Of a stretch of DNA of 64,000 bases, positions 11,001-18,116 are shown in pieces. Positions within the stretch are counted from its first letter, which is position 1. Each line of letters opens with the position of its first letter. Where the stretch lies: sequence record NC_016571.1. The stretch is one strand, 5' to 3'. The position numbers and the translations under genes were made by a program. The notes under the pieces were generated by a model, which saw only the letters and a list, made by a program, of their open reading frames with translations, was not told the DNA's origin and did not search any database.

Positions 11001-11872
11001 AAGCCACAGGTCTCGAAGGTAACTTACTTCGTCCTGGTTCTGCTGATAACACAGTAGTGAATGGACACCATGCTGTCAATGCAGATGGTTCATGGGGTTA
11101 TGTCGAACTTAACTCAGGGCTTGAAGTTAAAGCACAGAACATCCAGATCTTGGACTTTGATGCCGAAGGCCCAAAAGCAAGGGAACAGATTTGGGGACCT
11201 GGTGTAAGAATAGCCACGCCTGGTAACGCCAGCTCAATGAGAGTCTGTTATAGATTCAGGTCTGGTGCTGTTGCCGAAGCTAGCGTGATGTGGGTAAGTG
11301 GTCAGGCATTTAACGCCGAATACAACAACATTGTCTTTGCTAACAAGGACTACGGTTGGATGTACGGTGTAGCTCCACAGATATCAGGTGGTGCGATGGA
11401 TCTCCTATACCCATGGTCCGGAACATACAGAGATCAGCCAACACCTGGCGACTTCTATGTAATGAACGGTGCTACTTACGTTGAGGGCAACTGGTCGATA
11501 TTCATTAACGCTGATGTCCTTGTGACCTTTAATGGTTACAGCATGACAGCTAAGATGACTAACTGGGATCTCCGCGATCTTACCGATGTGTACAGGAGTC
11601 AGATATTCTATATCTACTGCTTCGCCAATGGTTCTGTTGCGGAATATGAGATAACTAAAATCCTTAGACACCATAACTCTAATGGAATTTTAGTTGCCAC
11701 AGTGAGAACGAACGAGCTGGGTATTTTCAGTATTACCCACCGTCAGAGTTTCACTATTAGTGGTTTCCCATTAACCCGTTTACCTGACATGGGTGTTCCA
11801 GTATCCTCTGGTGCTCTTACTGAGCAAGGTACTTATCGATTCTTGAAACGTACTGATCTGTATCAAAACTAA
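8048..11872 (+). CDS. Tail fibre / baseplate-associated virion protein, paralog of 4244-7984
   Basis: 1274 aa with NPHGVVPANVDAGNIANNATAT, PPPITGSFEGLGG and a similar C-terminal domain. Confidence 0.7.
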   Translation: MKDIEIIDIDYSATDPLYKKEDDVEIAKISGPFIVPEEGPIYQDSVRVIGNSGLDLIPGTDFECVEPVTDLTQVTGKAVHLYVELKDHIVASGGKVKLIYQRVGKPVISVKTLLKMLEEMVIEGKSIDWETQVTGKPLTYPPAWHSHDIQNSKELVGFGGLVELFSRLTWEHKESGEKMKELIEELQTKVYDRLNYIQKLKWGAIMAHIRNYKNPHGVVPANVDAGNIANNATATPQQDLEGTRTDLYSTPKGFRQAIENAEPVSEEYIAQNELPFGYYGSGIYLPPPITGSFEGLGGDVENSAFCLEGNGWLVGLIRAYDGRVKNLYYVYNMDFRDTNQTRSPWLNTYAKYDHPVTGPEPTDPNAPPKKNINFIISGSNDSVIMVGSQDSGTGMVDNPDKWWIGVSNSTFDPNSHTLKPLNMAAIMAACPQKNLTPGHTTVSHVGDWVYLLVGQDSFEGDSLAPGTDYLNSPSNYQVRMFRVPYKDLLDTSKLTINFVPVNVTFDNADRLHRTNQVAFFPAQIKRPTGGDPYEITGTVVNFTAKVRNAYLNRKLQFFIVPNPNNTRMAKMKVLCMPYQIYYDPVLEASRGFQANVMMSYDWDVAANTMSLDSHWIKPTYDSLTGNVVNPTQVHNDYIESGYWAWHASRFANVAGSWVPGFGFVSMGSSQAGVPPFTFALSRINRGDDPAQDYDHFSNLPINWSDSAGVFNSRQAIFRMRSPFGVAGFPRHYSQLYAMTDGVRQWPIEIFSAENEDQRQQTFYRITEGGADDNYIYRDSLKSKYIPTQIRGRKTNSSFGVVKGLNYNVGYVNRPRRANATSRGTGLISWKRLKVHTNPGAPYEFGQTTNYDGNVVASVQEPDGSLLVNLDVDYTLDPVARTIYCKANKLKQVRLPRSFWVDMVMQALGSHANELIDIATSFFINREPGNNADQATSMWQCTYHVKSSPSRTRMIIGTFTWDVASTGGDGIRVLRPVGMSYPFNAKATGLEGNLLRPGSADNTVVNGHHAVNADGSWGYVELNSGLEVKAQNIQILDFDAEGPKAREQIWGPGVRIATPGNASSMRVCYRFRSGAVAEASVMWVSGQAFNAEYNNIVFANKDYGWMYGVAPQISGGAMDLLYPWSGTYRDQPTPGDFYVMNGATYVEGNWSIFINADVLVTFNGYSMTAKMTNWDLRDLTDVYRSQIFYIYCFANGSVAEYEITKILRHHNSNGILVATVRTNELGIFSITHRQSFTISGFPLTRLPDMGVPVSSGALTEQGTYRFLKRTDLYQN

Positions 11873-11874
11873 AA

Positions 11875-11901
11875 AGAGATGGGGACTTCGGTCCCCTCTC
11901 T
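11875..11901 (+). promoter_or_regulatory. Intercistronic c(UUCG)g hairpin
   Basis: AGAGA-t-GGGGAC ttcg GTCCCC-TCTCT immediately upstream of the AGGAG SD. Confidence 0.6.
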
Positions 11902-11916
11902 AAACAGGAGCAATCC

Positions 11917-14900
11917 ATGTATGTAGATCCTAATAAACCTCTTCCGCCTGCCGATACAAAGGAAGACTATCTTGGATCCGTTCTTAATGCTGTTATCGAT
12001 ATCAGTAATAAAAGAACAGAAACGCAAGGTACTCCAGAAGAGTATGAGGAGAAGATAGCCGATCAGCAATGGGAAGCTGATCAAAAGTTGGATGCCTTTT
12101 CTAAATGGGCTGATGACACTCTACTTGCCCACACTAATAAGAAAGGTGCGGTTCATGGAGAGACAAAGGCTTCGGTTGGTCTTAATCTAAAAGACAACTG
12201 GCGCATGGCTACTATTCCTGAGCATGAAGCTGGTCAAGCTAAGAACTTGTTCTGCCACCCATTCGGTTCGAAGAAACTAATCGAAGCACGTTTGGTTATC
12301 GATCCTAAGCGTTATATTCGTTCTCGCATTATTCCTATCGCTTCTGGCGGTCAGCTGGGTAACGTACCGCAATGGCCATTCAGTTGGGAAGAGGGTGAAA
12401 TCACTCAGTCCCTGGATGACCCGTTAGAGTTCTACGGTGAAACTCCGTGGCAGTTCTCTACCGATAACGGTGTGTTCCTTATTCCAGCACTGAACGGTGC
12501 AGATATCCTGACGCAGCACGTTGCTGACCCAGGTCGTCCTAAGCGCGCTGTAACGCCATTTGGCGGGACTAATATTCGTGTCTATAATAAGACCTTGGAT
12601 ATACGTCGTAGTCGTCCCTCTCTGCTGCGTGGGGAGAGTAGCGATGAACCAAGTAACTCTTTGATTAAAGGTTCCGCTCACCTGTTTGACAGGCACACAG
12701 CGTTCTATTGTGAGACTGACTACATTGGCGCCCGTGCATTTAACAAAGGTCGCTTACCGTTTGACGTTCTGACTAACAATGGCGTTACCAAGACAAACTG
12801 GGCCGGGATTCTGGAATCTCGTGAAGACATGTTGTACAACATCAATACAACCATGTTTAACGGAAACCTATCTGGCTGGGGTGACGACATTTACCTCATC
12901 TTTGAAATCGGAATGTGGCAATTCAGTCAGACCGGTTTAGATTCCAAAAATGGTTCAGGTCGTCCTGCTGAAACTATTGCTTCTTTAGGTACTAAGGTTG
13001 AGACATTAACCTTCACAGTTCCTGGTAACGGTAAATTCCGTATCCTGAAGCGCGCTGGTAAGTTGGACGCTATTGCAGTTAAGTTCCGTGATATACTGAA
13101 CTATAATGCAGCAGATAAAGATTTGCTGTGGAACCAGTTTAACCATGCTCACTTTACTCACGTAGCCTTTACTTGGCGTAACCGTTTGAAAGGTGACTTC
13201 GCTCTCCGTGTTCCTGTTGGTTTCAGTAGTAAAGATGGTGCTTATTACACCAACTACTATATGGACATCAACTGTCTGATTAAAGAGAACATGGCGACTA
13301 AGTCAGCCACTGTGGTATTCAATACTCTTCGTGAAGTGGATACGAACATTCAGACATTGAACGCTAACTTCCAGGTTACTGCCACAGGTCGTTTCGTTCA
13401 ATACGCCTATAACGTCAAAGGTGATATCTTCCACCCATTGGTGTTTAACGGGACGTTTGAATCTCAAGGTGGTCACGTCAAGGCGTACACGTTCTATAAC
13501 CGTCAGTATGTCGGTTACTATGAACACAACGTTGATGGAGTAGGTACTTGGATCGCTAATGGCGATAACATCAAACCTACCTTGGTTAAGTACAACTACA
13601 GCCAGATCTCCAACCTGAACCAAGATGGGATGTACGGTGACCACTTACGCCATATCCCTGTGAAAGCAAATACTGACGGGACAACCGACTATCTGGTTTA
13701 CAGTCGTGACTGGCGACATCAGTATCGGTGGTGCGTGGTTAATGTTAAGACGGACACCGCTCCTGAAATGCTGACCAGTACAGGTCACCACTTAGGTCCA
13801 TGGCGTAATAAGGTTGAATGGATTAAACCAAGTCAATCAGCGTTACCTTCATTCTTAATTTCCAATGAAGAGAACTCGACTGTCTTTGATACCAGTGCTC
13901 TGGTGTTTAACACACAGAACGCATTCAAAGGCTTCGCTCGGTTTGGTGTTGATGTTTCCAATGCCGCTAATCCAGTTCAGCCTATGGACGAGGTTGATAT
14001 CGATGACCCAATCCTGACTTGGATTGCTAATAATGGTGGTCGTTGGTCTAAAAGTCACAAACAGATGTTCTATTTCAAGAACAGACTGTTCTGGGTTTCT
14101 CAGACTACCGATGTGAGTGAAGTTAAAGCAGATGGTACCGACACGTATTACGGTTGGATCGCTGACTGCTATCTGGACGTCGTAGGTGACAAACGCATTA
14201 TTAAAGTCAGTGGTGCTCTTGCTGACAAAGGTGTTGCTAAGCCACTCAAGGTAAACCTCAAAACCAGTCTTGCTGTTAAGTCTTCGGAAGTAACAGGTTG
14301 GGATGCTTTTGATTCAACAGACGTTTACACGATGCTGATGAGTCAGACGGGTTCCAGAACAAGTTACCTGGTTATGATGAACCTCGCTCCATTTAACAAC
14401 TTCTACTTCGAATTCAAACTGGATATCGATACCGCACTAGCAACAACATCATTCGCTCCATTGAGCACAGGTGCTGTGGATCCAGTGTTCCCTTACGACC
14501 CTACCAATGGGTTCCAGGTAGATTACGACGCAATTACAGGTTACGGTAAGATCGCACCACACCGCTTCCACGTAAACTTCCAGACACCAGTTATGCTGAA
14601 GAAAGCCATGTGGGCATTCAGAAAGACACCTGGTCACTACGGACTGTTTTCACAATCAATCGGGTTTACTGTCGCTGAAGGTGGAGTCATGAACTCTATC
14701 GAAGGGACGCCTATTTATCCCGTTGGTTCTGTCGTAACTATTGGTGGATCTAACGTGGTTGTTAAATCACCAATCAGTGCCGCACAGTCTCAGTTCGGTG
14801 GAGACGAGGAACTACTGATTAAGCAATACGGTAGCTCTGATCCTTCTTTGACCTCTCCTGATGGTCTGACTCTTTACGGAGTTAAGAACAACTACGGGTT

Positions 14901-17058
14901 AGAGACTCAGCCTAACTCAGGTATCAGCCCTTGTGGTTTCTTGAGGAACAACAAGTTCTATCATTATGACCCTAACGGCTGGCGTCATGCTCTCTTACCA
15001 GTAATTGATGGTAAGCGTATGAGCTTCTATGGGTACGGTAACTCGTTCCCTGCCTTCTTAGGTGTCAATGGTTCCGGTGTTCCTGTTAACCGATTCTTCC
15101 TGCAAGCTCAGGCCACGATTATTCAGTGGGCTACTTCAGAAGGTCGTGTTATCTATATCGGTTCCGGTGCAAACATTAACATTGTGATCAGTGGGGAAAC
15201 CCAGAGTTACGCCGGTGGTGGGACGTACACAATACCTGCTAAGTACACAGGTGCTGTGGATATCCAGATTACTGGTCTGATTACTCTGAAGTGGATGCCT
15301 GGTTTCGGTAACCTGAAACAAATCGGTAACACTGTCACTAGACTGGACTTCTCTGAGTCAACACAGTTTACAATTACTTCTCCATTGCCTTCACGCATTA
15401 CTTCACTGCGTGGAACATTCAGAAATGCTAAAGGTGCTCAATACCCGAACATCGAGTCATGGGATACCAAGAACATTACTGACATGGCTGAGTGTTTCCA
15501 AGGGGCAACTGTCTTCAATGGTAACTTGACTAACTGGAACACGTCCGCTGTTACGACCATGGAAGGGATGTTCGATGGCGCTGCTGCGTTTAACCAGGCA
15601 ATCGGTAAATGGAACGTACAACGTGTTGAGACCATGGGTAAAATGTTCAGAGGGGCGACTGGGTTTAAAGCCGACCTTTCTACCTGGAACATTACCCGTT
15701 GTGCTGTATTCGCAGAGATGTTTAAAGGCGCATCCAACTTCAACGGGAACATCAGTACTTGGAACGTTCTGACCTGTTATGACTTTACCAGTATGTTTGA
15801 AGATACCAACCTCTTCAACGGCGATATCTCTAAATGGATTATTACCGGAGCTACACGCTTCAGTAAGATGTTCAAGAATGCGAAAGCATTTAACGGAGCT
15901 ATCAACATCTGGGATATGTCTTCAGCCATTTACATGGATGAGATGTTCAGCGGAGCTAGTGCGTTTAACAGAACTCTGGCTAACTGGAATACCAGTAAAG
16001 TCATCACGACTCGTGAGATGTTCTACAACGCCACCAACTTCGGTAAAGATGCTGCCTTCGTACTGAGTGCTTGGGATATGCGTCTGAACCTTGACTTGAC
16101 CAGAATGTTCGCTAATAGCGGATTCAACTGTAAGGTCGATGGTTGGAGCTTCGGTAAAGATGCGAGTCTGTACGAAATGTTCCTGGGAACCAAAACGTTC
16201 AACCAAGACATCTCTTCTTGGGATGTGGGTAACGTTGATGACTTCTCTGGGATGTTCAAACAGAGCACTGCATTTAAAACCATCATCTCCAATTGGGTAC
16301 TGGCTTCTGTTAGCAAAATGTCTGGTATGTTTACAGCATCGAGCTTCAGTGGAGACCTTATCGATTGGAATATCAGTTCCACTAAAGACATCATGATGGA
16401 CGGTGTGTTTGCTGATGCTCCATTCTTTAACGGAGCAGGTATCGCTACATGGAACACATCTAAAGTAACCACCATGGCAAGAATGTTTGCCAATGCTGTA
16501 ATCTTTAACCGTGACATTACGGGTTGGGATACCAGCAAGGTAACCACGTTCTTTGAAATGTTCCTCAATGCGAAGGCATTCAACCAAGCTATCGGTGTTT
16601 GGGATGTTTCTTCAGGTACTATCTTCCGCAACATGTTACGATTAGCAATTACCTTTGATCAGGATCTTGATAATTGGAACATGAGTAATGCTACAGACAT
16701 TTCTGATATATTCAGAGAAGCTGCTGCGTTTAACGGTAAAGTGGGTGCTTGGGATACATCTAATGTCATCGCGATGAACGGTACATTTGTATCCTGTCCT
16801 AAGTTCAATCAGGACATATCTGGATGGAACGTGTCTAAAGTTGAAAACTTCGTTGGTATGTTTGGTTCGACACTTGTGTTTAACCAGGATATCAGTGGGT
16901 GGAATACTTCATCTGCTACAACCATGGAAGGCATGTTCAATGCTGCAAAAGCATTCAACCAAGACCTGTCTGGTTGGAATGTTGCTAACGTAACTAACCA
17001 CACTAACTTCGATGTGGGTGCTACAGCATGGGTACTTCCAAGACCTAACTTCGTGTAA
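11917..17058 (+). CDS. Tail fibre protein with C-terminal DUF285/BspA-like repeat domain
   Basis: 1713 aa. N-terminal fibre motif GAVHGETKASVGLNLKDN; the C-terminal ~550 aa are 25-aa repeats FNxxIxxW(N/D)xSxVxxMxxMF. Confidence 0.75.
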   Translation: MYVDPNKPLPPADTKEDYLGSVLNAVIDISNKRTETQGTPEEYEEKIADQQWEADQKLDAFSKWADDTLLAHTNKKGAVHGETKASVGLNLKDNWRMATIPEHEAGQAKNLFCHPFGSKKLIEARLVIDPKRYIRSRIIPIASGGQLGNVPQWPFSWEEGEITQSLDDPLEFYGETPWQFSTDNGVFLIPALNGADILTQHVADPGRPKRAVTPFGGTNIRVYNKTLDIRRSRPSLLRGESSDEPSNSLIKGSAHLFDRHTAFYCETDYIGARAFNKGRLPFDVLTNNGVTKTNWAGILESREDMLYNINTTMFNGNLSGWGDDIYLIFEIGMWQFSQTGLDSKNGSGRPAETIASLGTKVETLTFTVPGNGKFRILKRAGKLDAIAVKFRDILNYNAADKDLLWNQFNHAHFTHVAFTWRNRLKGDFALRVPVGFSSKDGAYYTNYYMDINCLIKENMATKSATVVFNTLREVDTNIQTLNANFQVTATGRFVQYAYNVKGDIFHPLVFNGTFESQGGHVKAYTFYNRQYVGYYEHNVDGVGTWIANGDNIKPTLVKYNYSQISNLNQDGMYGDHLRHIPVKANTDGTTDYLVYSRDWRHQYRWCVVNVKTDTAPEMLTSTGHHLGPWRNKVEWIKPSQSALPSFLISNEENSTVFDTSALVFNTQNAFKGFARFGVDVSNAANPVQPMDEVDIDDPILTWIANNGGRWSKSHKQMFYFKNRLFWVSQTTDVSEVKADGTDTYYGWIADCYLDVVGDKRIIKVSGALADKGVAKPLKVNLKTSLAVKSSEVTGWDAFDSTDVYTMLMSQTGSRTSYLVMMNLAPFNNFYFEFKLDIDTALATTSFAPLSTGAVDPVFPYDPTNGFQVDYDAITGYGKIAPHRFHVNFQTPVMLKKAMWAFRKTPGHYGLFSQSIGFTVAEGGVMNSIEGTPIYPVGSVVTIGGSNVVVKSPISAAQSQFGGDEELLIKQYGSSDPSLTSPDGLTLYGVKNNYGLETQPNSGISPCGFLRNNKFYHYDPNGWRHALLPVIDGKRMSFYGYGNSFPAFLGVNGSGVPVNRFFLQAQATIIQWATSEGRVIYIGSGANINIVISGETQSYAGGGTYTIPAKYTGAVDIQITGLITLKWMPGFGNLKQIGNTVTRLDFSESTQFTITSPLPSRITSLRGTFRNAKGAQYPNIESWDTKNITDMAECFQGATVFNGNLTNWNTSAVTTMEGMFDGAAAFNQAIGKWNVQRVETMGKMFRGATGFKADLSTWNITRCAVFAEMFKGASNFNGNISTWNVLTCYDFTSMFEDTNLFNGDISKWIITGATRFSKMFKNAKAFNGAINIWDMSSAIYMDEMFSGASAFNRTLANWNTSKVITTREMFYNATNFGKDAAFVLSAWDMRLNLDLTRMFANSGFNCKVDGWSFGKDASLYEMFLGTKTFNQDISSWDVGNVDDFSGMFKQSTAFKTIISNWVLASVSKMSGMFTASSFSGDLIDWNISSTKDIMMDGVFADAPFFNGAGIATWNTSKVTTMARMFANAVIFNRDITGWDTSKVTTFFEMFLNAKAFNQAIGVWDVSSGTIFRNMLRLAITFDQDLDNWNMSNATDISDIFREAAAFNGKVGAWDTSNVIAMNGTFVSCPKFNQDISGWNVSKVENFVGMFGSTLVFNQDISGWNTSSATTMEGMFNAAKAFNQDLSGWNVANVTNHTNFDVGATAWVLPRPNFV
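15394..17010 (+). repeat. About 21 tandem DUF285/BspA-type ~25-aa coding repeats
   Basis: Counted 21 W-anchored repeats from WDTKNITDMAECF to WNVANVTNHTNF. Confidence 0.85.
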
Positions 17059-17068
17059 ACGACATATA

Positions 17069-17100
17069 CTCCCTACCCTTCCTTGCGGAGGGGTAGGGGG
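17069..17100. terminator. Hairpin between convergent genes (probable bidirectional terminator)
   Basis: CTCCCTACCCTTCC ttgc GGAGGGGTAGGGGG, flanked by ACATA (17062) and TTATG (17102). Confidence 0.7.
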
Positions 17101-17115
17101 GTTATGCTTATGTTA

Positions 17116-18096
17116 TTATGCTGACGGGGTATCTGTTTTACTACCACCAGACTGAACACCACCATGTCGGTGACCGAGGTAACGAATGTTGTCAATGGTC
17201 CAGCCACCTTCAACGCTACCTGCTCCACCAAACTGACTGAATGCTCCTTGAATACCGACGTTACCTTGTACGGTGTAGTTACCCAGTTGGTTATAGTTCC
17301 CTTCGTGAGTAACATTGCCCTTCATATAGATTTCAGGAGAAACCAAAGAGGTCTTCTGAGTTTCCATGCTGATGGACTTATCAGCTTTCAAGCTAAGATC
17401 AGTACATTGGATATCGATCTTATCTTTACCCTTCAGTAACATATTCTTTTCACAAGAAAGGGTGATATCTTTCTTTTCAATATTAATGAAAGACTTCTCA
17501 TCATTAATGAAACTTAAAGCATGCGCCATAGAGTTCAGAGATAAGATATTATTCTCACCATCCACAATACTGAACTTCCCTTCACCTGTATTCAATTCGA
17601 ATGCATATGAAGTAGGCTCCCCATTCCCCTGTCCAGTTAAGAGCTGAATCTTCTTCTGGTGAGTGGAGAGTAAAAGCATGTAATAGTTTTCAGGTGTAAC
17701 TGGTGTGTTCTCATCTACGTTAGGTGACGCAGAGAAAGCCCAGATTATCGTCTCAAGACGCAGAGTCCCATCCATACCAAAGTAAGTCCATAAATACTTG
17801 CTCGTACCTTGGAACTTGTAGACGACTACCTTACTACCTTTACGAACATCCGGAGCTGTTACACGGTTAGTGTTTAAAGCCATCCATTTAGCAGGTACGG
17901 TGTTACTCTGTAAAGAACTACTGGATTGAGTATCACCTGTAGGTGTCAGCGTCGAGGTATTTTTAGTTTCTACCGTCGTCGTTACTTCACCATCGGATTC
18001 TGGGAACAAACCCTTGATATGGATTTGTACCTCATCAGTGTCAACGTCCTTGTCCATAGCGACAACGCCGACACCGTAGCATTCTAACACATTCAT
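17116..18096 (-). CDS. Baseplate central spike protein (gpV/gp5-like)
   Basis: N-terminal OB-like region (GVGVVAMDKD; APDVRKGSKVVVY), beta-helix-like repeats and C-terminal RYLGHRHGGVQSGGSKTDTP with the HxH tip motif (17164-17172). Confidence 0.8.
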   Translation of the reverse strand: MNVLECYGVGVVAMDKDVDTDEVQIHIKGLFPESDGEVTTTVETKNTSTLTPTGDTQSSSSLQSNTVPAKWMALNTNRVTAPDVRKGSKVVVYKFQGTSKYLWTYFGMDGTLRLETIIWAFSASPNVDENTPVTPENYYMLLLSTHQKKIQLLTGQGNGEPTSYAFELNTGEGKFSIVDGENNILSLNSMAHALSFINDEKSFINIEKKDITLSCEKNMLLKGKDKIDIQCTDLSLKADKSISMETQKTSLVSPEIYMKGNVTHEGNYNQLGNYTVQGNVGIQGAFSQFGGAGSVEGGWTIDNIRYLGHRHGGVQSGGSKTDTPSA

Positions 18097-18116
18097 ATTA
18101 GACCCTTGAGGTTATC

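Noticed and set aside
15438-17003. Several 60-220-aa - strand ORFs over the DUF285 repeats
   Set aside because: Shadows of the repetitive + strand gene, not independent genes.
15394-17010. CRISPR array or DGR template/variable repeat
   Set aside because: The repeats are degenerate in-frame coding repeats with no constant repeat-spacer structure, no adenine-specific paired repeat and no reverse transcriptase in the window.
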